Below are positions 28,506-37,614 of a stretch of 64,000 bases of DNA, piece by piece. Source of the stretch: Candidatus Eiseniibacteriota bacterium (GTDB taxonomy: Bacteria > Eisenbacteria > RBG-16-71-46); NCBI GenBank assembly GCA_031370785.1, contig JANMQY010000060.1, positions 1 to 64,000 of the forward strand, in the 5' to 3' direction. A model generated the notes under the pieces. It was not told where the DNA came from. It did no database searches and worked only from the letters and a program-made list of their open reading frames with translations. The position numbers and the translations under genes are program-made. The stretch's first letter is position 1. The number at the start of each line of letters is the position of its first letter.

Positions 28506-29606
28506 TCACAGCGGGAAGGCGCCCTCGAACTTCTGGCCTTCACCCATCGCCACGGCGTAGCGCATCTGCTCCTCGATGTGCTTCGGCATCTCCTTGTAGA
28601 CGTCGGTGAACAGGGTCTCGATCGCGGGAGGGGGCAGTGCTTCGGCTTCCTGAATCGCGGTGCCGATCTCGTCGTTCAGCTCCTGCGTCCACTTGACCTC
28701 GTCTTCCGGGGTGAGCATCCCCTTCGAAGTCAGATAGACGCGCAGCCGGTTCATCGGATCCTTGAGCTCCCATTCGCTGACCAGTTCCGCGTCGCGATAA
28801 CGCGTCGGATCGTCGCTCGACGAGTGGCCGCCCATGCGAAACGTGACCGCTTCGATCAGCGTCGGGCCCTCGCCGCGCCGCGCGCGCTCAGTGGCCTCGC
28901 GCGTTGCCGCAATCACGGCGAAGATGTCGTTGCCATCCACGCGCACGCCGGGGAAGCCGTAGGCGGTCGCCTTGATCGCGATGCTGCTCGAGGCGGTCTG
29001 CTGCGAGAGCGGCACCGAGATCGCCCACTGATTGTTCTGGCAGAAGAACACGACCGGCAGTTGAAACACGCCGGCGAAGTTGGCGGCGGCGTGAAAGTCT
29101 GCCGATGAGGAGGCGCCATCCCCGAGGTAGCCGACCATCACGTCCGAAGTCTTCTTGAGCTTTGCGGCCCATGCCGCGCCCATCGCGTGCACCAGTTGCG
29201 TTCCGATCACCGACGACCACGCCACCGAGCGCACCTTCACGTCGCTGAAGTGGCATGGCATCTGGCGTCCGATGAGCACATCCCCGCTGTTGCCGATCAA
29301 CTGGCAGACGATCTCCTTGATCGAAGTGCCGCGCCACAGCGAGACGCCCATCTCGCGCAGCGCGGGGAATACCCAGTCGGTGTCGCGAATGCCGTAGGCC
29401 GAGCCGGTGACCGCGGCCTCCTGCCCGGCCGCGGTGCCGTAGAAGCCGATGCGTCCCTGGCGCTGCAGCGACAGCATGCGCTGGTCGAGCACGCGCATCT
29501 TGAGGATGTGGCGGAACAGGCGGCGCAGGTTGTCGCGCGAGACCTCGGGCAATGTGCCCACCGGCTTGCCCTCAGCATCGAGCAGCTGAAGCAGCGTCTC
29601 GCTCAT
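28506..29606 (-). CDS. 2-oxoacid (pyruvate/branched-chain) dehydrogenase E1 alpha
   Basis: LQRQGRIGFY, GDGASS..NNQWAIS TPP motif, HSSSDDPTRYR. Confidence 0.95.
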   Translation of the reverse strand: MSETLLQLLDAEGKPVGTLPEVSRDNLRRLFRHILKMRVLDQRMLSLQRQGRIGFYGTAAGQEAAVTGSAYGIRDTDWVFPALREMGVSLWRGTSIKEIVCQLIGNSGDVLIGRQMPCHFSDVKVRSVAWSSVIGTQLVHAMGAAWAAKLKKTSDVMVGYLGDGASSSADFHAAANFAGVFQLPVVFFCQNNQWAISVPLSQQTASSSIAIKATAYGFPGVRVDGNDIFAVIAATREATERARRGEGPTLIEAVTFRMGGHSSSDDPTRYRDAELVSEWELKDPMNRLRVYLTSKGMLTPEDEVKWTQELNDEIGTAIQEAEALPPPAIETLFTDVYKEMPKHIEEQMRYAVAMGEGQKFEGAFPL

Positions 29607-30967
29607 GTGAGATCTCCCACCGTGAGCCACGAGGATGGATTCTCGAGCCGCGCGATCAGTGCGTAGAGGAAGTCGGCGCCCACCGCGCCATCCACCACCC
29701 GGTGATCGAGCGAGAGCGACAGGTTCGTCATGTCACGCGCCACCACCTGGCCATGCACCACCGCCGGCTTCTTCTTCACCTCGTGCACGCCGAGGATCGC
29801 GACCTGCGGATGGTGCAGGATCGGAGTGGCCAGCAGTCCGCCGTGCGCGCCGGTGCTGGTGACGGTGAACGTCCCGCCCTGCAGCTCATCCAGCTTCAGC
29901 TTGTGCTCCCGCGCCGCCTTCGCGAGGCGCTCAATCTCTCTCGCCAGCGCGAACAGTCCGAGCCGGTCCACCTCGTGCACGATCGGCACGGTGAGTCCAT
30001 CGTCGGTGTTGGTGGCCAGCCCGAGGTGGTAGTCGCGCTTGATCACGACCTCCTGGGTCGCATCGTCGAGCGAGGCGTTGAGCAGGGGGAACTGTCGCAA
30101 CGGTTCGATCAGCGCGCGGAAGACGTAGGCAATGTAGGTGAGCCGCACCCCCTCCGCCTCGGCTTTCGCCCGCTGGGCCGCACGGTGCTCGACGATCACG
30201 CTCATGTCGCACTCCGCGACGAATGTGAACTGCGCCGCCGTCGAGAGCGAGCGCCGCATGTGCTCCGCAATCTTCCGCCGAAGCCCCCGAAGCGGCACAC
30301 GCTCCTCGTTTCCCGCGCGCGAGGGAGAGGTCGTCGGCGCCGCGGCAGGGACTGGAGGTGCCGCGGGGGCGGAATCAGCAACGGAAGAGGCCAGAGAGGG
30401 AGTGACAGAGGATGAAGGCGAGGGAGCCGCGACCACGCCGCCCGCCGCGCTGCGCTTCACGTCCTCAGCAACGATCCGACCGCCAGGCCCCGTGCCAGCA
30501 ACTCGCTCCAGAGCGACCCCGAGTTCTCGCGCCAACGCACGAACCGCCGGAGTGGCCTGGATTCCCGCGGCGGTCCCCTGATCCAACGTGGCGGGGGCGG
30601 GGTGGCCGATGGCGAGTGGGGGTGGAGCGCGGGAGGCCGGCTGGGGGGGGTGGGGAGCGACGGGGACCCGCGAGTCATCGGGTAACCCGCCCCCGCCGAC
30701 CGTGTGACTAGGGGCCTTTTCGGTTTCCCCTGCCACCGCAATCGTGATGAGCAAGGATCCGACCGGCACCATCGCGCCCTCCGCCGCGTGCAGCACCGAA
30801 ACCGTCCCGGTTCGTGGCGATGGAATCTCGACGCTGGCCTTGTCGGTCATCACTTCGACCAGCGGCTGATCTTCCTTCACCGAGTCGCCGGCCTTCACCA
30901 GCCAGCGCACGATCTCGCCTTCGGCGATTCCCTCGCCGATGTCCGGCAGCTTCACGTCGTAGGGCAT
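29603..30967 (-). CDS. 2-oxoacid dehydrogenase E2 dihydrolipoamide acyltransferase
   Basis: Lipoyl domain EVMTDKA, E3-binding ATPAVR..GTGPGGRI, catalytic DHRVVDG. Confidence 0.95.
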   Translation of the reverse strand: MPYDVKLPDIGEGIAEGEIVRWLVKAGDSVKEDQPLVEVMTDKASVEIPSPRTGTVSVLHAAEGAMVPVGSLLITIAVAGETEKAPSHTVGGGGLPDDSRVPVAPHPPQPASRAPPPLAIGHPAPATLDQGTAAGIQATPAVRALARELGVALERVAGTGPGGRIVAEDVKRSAAGGVVAAPSPSSSVTPSLASSVADSAPAAPPVPAAAPTTSPSRAGNEERVPLRGLRRKIAEHMRRSLSTAAQFTFVAECDMSVIVEHRAAQRAKAEAEGVRLTYIAYVFRALIEPLRQFPLLNASLDDATQEVVIKRDYHLGLATNTDDGLTVPIVHEVDRLGLFALAREIERLAKAAREHKLKLDELQGGTFTVTSTGAHGGLLATPILHHPQVAILGVHEVKKKPAVVHGQVVARDMTNLSLSLDHRVVDGAVGADFLYALIARLENPSSWLTVGDLT

Positions 30968-30989
30968 GGAGCGGCGCTCCTCCTCGGTC

Positions 30990-31292
30990 TCATTCTACGA
31001 AATCAAAACGGCCGATCTCGTTCTCCCGCTCGATCAGCCGGTGACCCCGTTTGTGAAGTGCGGCGTACTCGATCGCGCGCACCCGCTTGAACTCCTCGTA
31101 TAGCGTCTCGCTGGTCCAGCGGTCGGCAATGAGGAAATGGTGTGGATCGCGCAGGTCCTTCATCAGCGTGATGCTCACGAACCCGGGCGCCTCCCGGAAC
31201 AGCACGCCCCAGGCGCCATCGGGACGGTACACCTCCTCGAAGTTGTCGATCATGTCGGCCTTCACCGTGTACTCCCACACGATCACGAGCAT
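30990..31292 (-). CDS. Antibiotic biosynthesis monooxygenase (ABM)-like small protein
   Basis: MLVIVWEYTVK..FEEVY..APGF..DRWTS; GGGGG RBS directly after the E1 beta stop. Confidence 0.75.
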   Translation of the reverse strand: MLVIVWEYTVKADMIDNFEEVYRPDGAWGVLFREAPGFVSITLMKDLRDPHHFLIADRWTSETLYEEFKRVRAIEYAALHKRGHRLIERENEIGRFDFVE

Positions 31293-31300
31293 TGCGCCCC

Positions 31301-32275
31301 CTAGTACTGCATCACGTGCTCGATCGCGCGCAGCACGCGCGGTGCGTCGGGCAGGTAGCTGTGCTCGAGCGTGTACGGAAACGGCGTGTCGTAGCCGGTC
31401 ACGCGAAGGATCGGCGCCTGCAGGGAAGTGAGTGCCTTCTCGGCGATGATCGCGCTCAGCTCGGCGCCGTAGCCACAGGTGCGCGGCGCTTCGTGCACAA
31501 TCACCACCCGGCCGGTCCGGCGTACGCTGGTCAGCACGGCGTCCTGATCGAGCGGTACGAGTGTGCGCAGGTCCATGACCTCGACCGACCAGCCGCGCTC
31601 CGCTGCCTGGGTCGCGGCCTCGAGCGAGACCGGCACCATCGCGCCGTAGGCGAGCACCGTGACCTGATCGCCTGCACGTGCGATCCGCGCCCGGGCGAGC
31701 GGCGTGGTGAAGCGGCCCTCGGCCACTTCCTCCTTGATCGTGCGATAGAGGCGCTTGGGTTCGAGGAAGATGACCGGGTCCTCGCCCTCGAGTGCGGCGA
31801 GCAGCAGGCCCTTTGCGTCCGATGGGGTCGAGGGGATGACCACCTTGAGTCCGGCCGTGTGGCAGAAATAGGCCTCGGGACTCTGGCTGTGGTAGAGGCC
31901 GCCCTTGATCCCGCCGCCGTAAGGCGCGCGCACGATGACCGGGCACGCGTACTGCCCGGCCGATCTCCAGCGCAGCTTGGCCAGCTCCGATACGATCTGG
32001 TCGAACGCGGAGTAGATGAAGTCCACGAACTGGATCTCGGCGATCGGGCGCATGCCGTAGAGCGCCATGCCGATCGCGCCGCCCACGATGCCGTTCTCCG
32101 CCAGCGGCGTGTCGCTCACCCGCTCGGGCCCGAACTCCGCCTGAAGGCCCTCGGTGACCCGGAACACCCCTCCGTTCCTGCCGACGTCCTCGCCGAGCAC
32201 GACCACGCGCGGATCCTCGCGCAGCGCGACGCGCATCGCGTCCTGGATGGCCTGCACCATGGTCATCTGGGGCAT
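31301..32275 (-). CDS. 2-oxoacid dehydrogenase E1 beta
   Basis: GEDVGRNGGVFRVT, DTPLAE, EIQFVDF, HSQS, DLRTLVPLD. Confidence 0.95.
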   Translation of the reverse strand: MPQMTMVQAIQDAMRVALREDPRVVVLGEDVGRNGGVFRVTEGLQAEFGPERVSDTPLAENGIVGGAIGMALYGMRPIAEIQFVDFIYSAFDQIVSELAKLRWRSAGQYACPVIVRAPYGGGIKGGLYHSQSPEAYFCHTAGLKVVIPSTPSDAKGLLLAALEGEDPVIFLEPKRLYRTIKEEVAEGRFTTPLARARIARAGDQVTVLAYGAMVPVSLEAATQAAERGWSVEVMDLRTLVPLDQDAVLTSVRRTGRVVIVHEAPRTCGYGAELSAIIAEKALTSLQAPILRVTGYDTPFPYTLEHSYLPDAPRVLRAIEHVMQY

Positions 32276-32413
32276 GAGACGTCTCCAGGTGGGAAAGAGG
32301 AGTGCGCAGATTAGCCGAAGGCCAGTGGGCGGGCAATGGACGCAGCCCGGGCCCCGCGTGCGCTCAGCCCCGCGAGGACACGAGGGGCGGGGTCGCGGGC
32401 CCGGCCGAAATAA

Positions 32414-32449
32414 TTAGTCTGGACAAATCCGGCTCTTAGTCTAGCCTAA
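32414..32449 (+). promoter_or_regulatory. Two DtxR/MntR-type operator boxes overlapping the mntR promoter
   Basis: TTAGTCTGGACAAA (32414) and TTAGTCTAGCCTAA (32436), 22 bp apart, in an AT-rich patch just before the ATG. Confidence 0.7.
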
Positions 32450-32455
32450 CCGCGC

Positions 32456-33154
32456 ATGACGACCCGACGGCCGCCCCGCACGCTTTCGCGCTCGCGCCAG
32501 GACTACCTCAAGGCGCTCTACGTGTTGGACCCATCCGGCGGCGCGGTGCCTCCCTCGCGCATCGCCGCCCGTCTCGGAGTCTCCGCACCTTCGGTGACCA
32601 ACATGCTGCAGACCCTCGCCGCGGAGGGGCTGGTGAATCACCCGCGCCGCGCGGGCGCGAACCTGACGGCCGAGGGGCGCCGCCAGGCGCTCACCATGGT
32701 GCGCCGTCACCGCGTGCTCGAGACGTTTCTCGCGCGCGTGCTTGGTCTCGACTGGTCCGAGGTTCACGAAGAGGCCGAGGTGCTCGAGCACCACATCAGC
32801 GATCGCGTGCTCGATGCGATCGACCGGCTGATGTCCCACCCGAGCGAAGATCCGCACGGGCATCCGATCCCGGACGGGCACGGGCGCCTCGCGCGCCGGG
32901 CGCTCGCTCCGCTGGTCACGCTTCCGCTTGGCGCAAGGGCCACGGTGCGCGAGATCCGTGACCGCGACCGGCGGCGCATGGCGGCGTGGAAGATCGCGGG
33001 GCTGGTGCCGGGGGCGCGGGTGCGCATGTGCGAGGTGCGCGCGCTCGACGATGTCTTCGAGCTCGAGGTCGAGGGACGGCGTCTCGTGACCGGCAGCGAA
33101 GGGCTGGACGGCATACTGGTCGAGCGCAGGCGCGGGAGCGGCGATGCGCGCTGA
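32456..33154 (+). CDS. mntR: DtxR/MntR family metal-dependent repressor with FeoA-like domain
   Basis: QDYLKALY, SAPSVTNM, RRHRVLETFL, HEEAEVLEH, DPHGHPIP. Confidence 0.9.
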   Translation: MTTRRPPRTLSRSRQDYLKALYVLDPSGGAVPPSRIAARLGVSAPSVTNMLQTLAAEGLVNHPRRAGANLTAEGRRQALTMVRRHRVLETFLARVLGLDWSEVHEEAEVLEHHISDRVLDAIDRLMSHPSEDPHGHPIPDGHGRLARRALAPLVTLPLGARATVREIRDRDRRRMAAWKIAGLVPGARVRMCEVRALDDVFELEVEGRRLVTGSEGLDGILVERRRGSGDAR

Positions 33155-35153
33155 CGCGGAGGGCCGCTCGCTTCCCGAGGTCCATTCCTCGGTCGCGCTG
33201 CCCGGCGTGAATCGCTCGTGGCTGCGCCGGCTGTTTGCCTTTGCGGGTCCCGCCTATCTGGTGAGCGTCGGCTACATGGATCCGGGCAACTGGGCCACCG
33301 ACCTCGCGGGCGGCGCGCGATTCGGCATGCAGCTGCTGTGGGTGCTGCTCATGAGCAACCTCATGGCGGTCCTGCTCCAGACGCTGAGCGCGCGGCTCGG
33401 GGTGGTGACCGGACGCGACCTCGCGCAGGCGTGCCGCGACTGGTATCCGCGGCCGCTGGTGGTTCCGCTGTGGCTGCTGTGCGAGGTCGCGATCGTGGCC
33501 TGCGATCTGGCCGAAGTGCTGGGCGCGGCGATCGGGCTCAAGCTCCTGTTCGGCGTGCCGCTGCTGTGGGGAGTGCTGCTGACCGCGTCCGATGTGTTGC
33601 TGCTGCTCGCGCTGTCGCGGCTCGGCATGCGCCGGCTCGAGGCGATCATCGTGGTGCTGGTCCTGACCATCGGCGGCTGCTTCGCGATCGAGATGATTCT
33701 GGCGAGGCCCGATCTGCCCGCGGTGCTGCGCGGCCTGATTCCGCGCGATCCGGAGGGACACTTCACCCTGTTCCAGGTCGGCCCCGATGGGCCGCGCGTG
33801 CTCGGGCTGAATCGCGACTCGCTCTACATCGCGATGGGAATCCTGGGCGCTACCGTGATGCCGCACAACCTCTACCTGCACAGCGCGCTGGTCCAGAGCC
33901 GCTCGGTCGAAAATTCGCCCAAGGCCAAGCGCGAAGCGTGCCGCATGAACCTGGTGGATTCCGTGGTCGCGCTCAACTGTGCCTTCTTCGTGAACGCCGC
34001 GATCCTCATACTGGCCGCGGCCGCGTTCCACACCACCGGGCATTCGGACGTGGCGAAGCTCGAGGATGCGCACCGGCTGCTTGCGCCTCTGCTCGGCACC
34101 GGACTCGCCTCGACGCTGTTCGCGGTCGCGCTGCTCAGTTCTGGACAGGCCAGCACCATCACCGGCACGCTCGCCGGACAGATCGTGCTCGAGGGATTCC
34201 TTCACATCCGCATCCGTCCGTGGCTGCGCCGCATGATCAGCCGCGGGCTGGCCATCATTCCCGCGGTGGCGTTCATCGCGATCCGCGGCACCAACGCGGT
34301 CGACGAGCTGCTGGTGCTGTCGCAGGTGGTGCTGAGCATGCAGCTGGCATTCGCTGTGGTTCCGCTGATCTCGTTCACCAGCGACCGGCGCAAGATGGGG
34401 GACTTCGTCTCGCCGTGGTGGGTGATCGGGCTCGCCTTTGTGAGCGCCACGATCATCATCGGGCTCAACGCCAATCTCGTGCTGCAGCAGTTGACCGCGT
34501 GGAATGCGGCCGCGGGCCCCGGCGGCGCGTGGTTCCTGTGGATCGTGGTGCCGCTGGTCGGCGCCCTCGCGCTGATGCTCCTCTATCTCATTCTTGCGCC
34601 GCTGATCGAACGCGTGGCGCCCCAACTGGTGCGACCCGGAATCGAGCACGTTCCCACCGGAGCTTCGCCGCATGCCGGGGGCGTGGCCGAACGGCCATCG
34701 CTCGTCACGCTACCGGCCGGCCCGCATCGTCGGGTCGCGGTCGCGCTCGAGCTGGGTCCCGCGGACGCATCGGCGCTCGAGGCCGTGCGCACGCTCGCGA
34801 TGGACGCGGACGGCGAGGTGATCCTGCTGCACGTGGTCGAGAGCGCGGCGGGGCAATACCTCGGTCCCGAGGCTGCGGACGCCGAGGCGCGCGAGGATCG
34901 CGCCACGCTCGAGTCGCTGGCCGAGGAGCTGCGCGCGCGCGGGCTGCGCTCGCGCGTCAGACTCGGGTTCGGCAGCGTGACGTCCGAGCTGGCCCGCATG
35001 GTCAATGAGGAGGGCGCCGATCTGCTCGTCACCGGTTCCCACGGGCACCGGTTGATCGGAGACCTGATCCACGGCTCGACCATCTCGGGCCTGCGTCACC
35101 TCGTGCGCTGCCCGGTGCTGACCGTGCCCACGGCGGGTCGACCTCGCGCCTAG
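33144..35153 (+). CDS. mntH: Nramp Mn2+ transporter with C-terminal universal stress protein domain
   Basis: YMDPGNW, MPHNLYLHS, GTLAGQIVLEGF; C-terminal LLHVVES..GSHGH..PVLTV. Confidence 0.93.
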   Translation: MRADAEGRSLPEVHSSVALPGVNRSWLRRLFAFAGPAYLVSVGYMDPGNWATDLAGGARFGMQLLWVLLMSNLMAVLLQTLSARLGVVTGRDLAQACRDWYPRPLVVPLWLLCEVAIVACDLAEVLGAAIGLKLLFGVPLLWGVLLTASDVLLLLALSRLGMRRLEAIIVVLVLTIGGCFAIEMILARPDLPAVLRGLIPRDPEGHFTLFQVGPDGPRVLGLNRDSLYIAMGILGATVMPHNLYLHSALVQSRSVENSPKAKREACRMNLVDSVVALNCAFFVNAAILILAAAAFHTTGHSDVAKLEDAHRLLAPLLGTGLASTLFAVALLSSGQASTITGTLAGQIVLEGFLHIRIRPWLRRMISRGLAIIPAVAFIAIRGTNAVDELLVLSQVVLSMQLAFAVVPLISFTSDRRKMGDFVSPWWVIGLAFVSATIIIGLNANLVLQQLTAWNAAAGPGGAWFLWIVVPLVGALALMLLYLILAPLIERVAPQLVRPGIEHVPTGASPHAGGVAERPSLVTLPAGPHRRVAVALELGPADASALEAVRTLAMDADGEVILLHVVESAAGQYLGPEAADAEAREDRATLESLAEELRARGLRSRVRLGFGSVTSELARMVNEEGADLLVTGSHGHRLIGDLIHGSTISGLRHLVRCPVLTVPTAGRPRA

Positions 35154-35154
35154 G

Positions 35155-35183
35155 TTGAACCAGCGGGGGTCGGGTCCTAGAAT
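35155..35183 (+). promoter_or_regulatory. Putative sigma-70 promoter
   Basis: TTGAAC-N17-TAGAAT upstream of the gene at 35261. Confidence 0.55.
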
Positions 35184-35260
35184 GCGCGCTCGCTTCCCGC
35201 GCAACTCACGCACCCGATGGGAGAGCCCGCCTTGCGCCGTCCTTCCGGATCGAACTCGAG

Positions 35261-35746
35261 ATGAGCGATCGCCTGATCCACGGCGCGGTCGCCGCGACCT
35301 GCGCCGATGTGGTCGATGCCGGAATGGACCTGCTCGCGCACTACGAGTTGGCGGCGCTCGCGGTGCTCGATGGGCACGAGCGTCCGGGCGAGCTGCCGCA
35401 GGTGAGGCGCCGGCTGCGCGCCGAGGGCATTCGCGCCAGCGAGCACCGCGGTGTGCTGCTGCTCGCCCCGGGCGAGCTGGATCAGTGCTCGTCCATCGGA
35501 CTTCTGGGCGGCGCGGAAGAGATCTTCCTGTGCTCGGAGTGGAACGACGAGTTCGAGTCCTTCCCCGGGCGCATCGCGGGCGAAGGGCTGAACTTCGAGG
35601 AGAGCACTCCGCTCGGGCTCGAGGAATGGATGATCGACGCGCACTGCCTTCTCGCGATCGGCGATGGGCGCCTGCTCAACTTTGCGACCCTGGATCGCGA
35701 ACTGGCGGCGAGACTGCGCAAGCGCTTCAAGCCCGCTCGTCGCTGA
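35261..35746 (+). CDS. Hypothetical protein
   Basis: Natural-looking composition with GC3-biased codons; co-oriented with and 7 bp from the downstream hydrolase. Confidence 0.7.
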   Translation: MSDRLIHGAVAATCADVVDAGMDLLAHYELAALAVLDGHERPGELPQVRRRLRAEGIRASEHRGVLLLAPGELDQCSSIGLLGGAEEIFLCSEWNDEFESFPGRIAGEGLNFEESTPLGLEEWMIDAHCLLAIGDGRLLNFATLDRELAARLRKRFKPARR

Positions 35747-35753
35747 TCTCCGC

Positions 35754-36413
35754 ATGACCGGTGGCGGCACTCGGCTCGTTCCGCTGACCCTGGCGGGCCC
35801 CTCAGGCGCGCTCGAAGCGCTGCTGCAGGAGCACGCTGGCCAGCGCGCCGCGCTGGCCGCGCTGGTATGCCATCCGCATCCGCTCTACGGCGGCACGCTC
35901 CACAACAAGGTGGTGCACCGCATCGCCTCCACGCTGCATGCGCTGGGGTCGACCGTACTGCGCTTCAATTTTCGCGGGGTGGGAAAGAGCGAAGGACGCT
36001 ACGACAATGGCGAGGGCGAGCTCGACGATGCGCGCGCGGCGCTCGCCGAGCTGCGGCGCCGCGTCCCCGCAGCCCGCTGCTGGGTCGCTGGCTTTTCGTT
36101 CGGCTCCTGGATCGCGGCGCGCCTTGCGGCTTCCGCCGCCGAGGTCGAGCGCCTGATCCTGGTGGCGCCTCCGGTTTCGACGCAGGACTTCTCGGTGCTC
36201 CGCACCGCGAGCGTGCCCAAGCTGATCATCCAGGGCACGGCGGACGTCACCTGCCGGCCCCAGGAGCTGGCGAAGCAGCTGCCGCTCTGGGCCGAACCGA
36301 AGCGGCTGATCCTGATCGAAGGCGCCTCGCACTTCTTCGATCGCCAGCTCGGGGCGCTGGGGGAGGCGCTCCAGCGCGAGCTCGAAGGTCCGGCGAAGCA
36401 CCCCTCGCGCTGA
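35754..36413 (+). CDS. Alpha/beta hydrolase
   Basis: CHPHPLYGGT, RFNFRGVGKSEG, GFSFG, GTAD, HFF. Confidence 0.9.
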   Translation: MTGGGTRLVPLTLAGPSGALEALLQEHAGQRAALAALVCHPHPLYGGTLHNKVVHRIASTLHALGSTVLRFNFRGVGKSEGRYDNGEGELDDARAALAELRRRVPAARCWVAGFSFGSWIAARLAASAAEVERLILVAPPVSTQDFSVLRTASVPKLIIQGTADVTCRPQELAKQLPLWAEPKRLILIEGASHFFDRQLGALGEALQRELEGPAKHPSR

Positions 36414-36435
36414 AGCAGGCGCCGGCGCTGCGCGC

Positions 36436-37356
36436 TCAGCCCTCGGCCTTGAGTCCGCCGCCTTCGCGCGCGCGGGCGCGCTCGCTTTCGAGCGCGGGCT
36501 CGACGTGCACCACGACGTCGGTGAGCCCGAGCCAGCGCTCGCGCAGCCGGCGCTCCACGCGATGGCCGATCGCATGCGCTGCGGCGAGCGACAGCTCGGG
36601 GTCGACCAGGATGTGAAGGTCGAGGTGGATGTCATCGAGCGGGCCGCGCGAGCGAACGTTGTGCGCCTCGATCACGCCCGGCTCCTCGATCGCGGTCTGC
36701 TCGATCAGCTCGGGCGCGATGCGGCGCTCGTCCGACAGCGTCGAGAGCGTGCCCTTCAGGAGCCCGAAGCCGGCGTGCAGGATGAGCACCACGATCAGCG
36801 CTGCCGCAACGAGGTCGGCGTAGGGAACGTGAAGGCGGGCGGCAGCGAAGCTGACCAGCACCAGCAGGCTCGCGAACACGTCGCTGCGCGTGTGCGCGGC
36901 GTCGGCCAGCAGAAGCTCGCTCTGAAGTATTCGCCCTTCGCGGCTCTCGACCGCGACCACGATCAGATTGATCACGAGCGTGAGCGAGAGAACGATGAAC
37001 GCTTCGAGCGTGATGTGTGGCGCCTGCCCCTGCTTCATCTGGGCGGCCGCGGTCAGCACCAGCTGGTAGCAGCCGAAGAACATGACGCCGGCCACTCCGA
37101 GCGCGGCAAAGGTCTCGTACTTGCGGTGTCCGTACGGATGGTTGGCGTCGGGCGGGCGGCTCGAGGCGAAGATACCGATCAGCGCGACCACGTTGCCCGA
37201 GGCGTCGATCAGAGAGTGGATCCCATCGGCGGTCAGGGCGACCGCGCCAACCCGCATCCCGTAGAACAGCTTGGCGAGCGCGACCAGCAGATTGAGGCCG
37301 AGGATCGCCCACAGGACGCGAATGACGCGGCGCGTGCGCGGGGTGGGTTTGTTCAA
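36436..37356 (-). CDS. Cation diffusion facilitator (FieF-like) transporter
   Basis: ADGIHSLID, PPDANHPYGHRKYE, ADAAHTRSD, VVVHVEP; AAGGAG before TTG 37356. Confidence 0.92.
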   Translation of the reverse strand: MNKPTPRTRRVIRVLWAILGLNLLVALAKLFYGMRVGAVALTADGIHSLIDASGNVVALIGIFASSRPPDANHPYGHRKYETFAALGVAGVMFFGCYQLVLTAAAQMKQGQAPHITLEAFIVLSLTLVINLIVVAVESREGRILQSELLLADAAHTRSDVFASLLVLVSFAAARLHVPYADLVAAALIVVLILHAGFGLLKGTLSTLSDERRIAPELIEQTAIEEPGVIEAHNVRSRGPLDDIHLDLHILVDPELSLAAAHAIGHRVERRLRERWLGLTDVVVHVEPALESERARAREGGGLKAEG

Positions 37357-37614
37357 CCGGGAACTCCTTGCGGGGTCGGGCCGTCGAGCCGAGCGGCCGC
37401 CTGAGGGTACCGAGACCCTGCGCATCATGAACTGCGCGGCGCACCTGCGCAAATCCGGGGTCGCGCTCGTCGCCGATGCCGGCGCGCTGGTCCGCGCGGG
37501 TCGACCCCTTACCGTGTCCTCCGGTATGGTCGTTCGTCCCTGCCTGTGACGGGCGGATCGGACCGTGCCGGGATTGCGGCATCCAACTCGACTCGCCCCC
37601 CTGAAGGAGGTTGA

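Noticed and set aside
30590..30700. G-run-rich tract (possible G-quadruplex or phase-variable run)
   Set aside because: It is the antisense of a Pro-rich E2 interdomain linker and the frame is intact.
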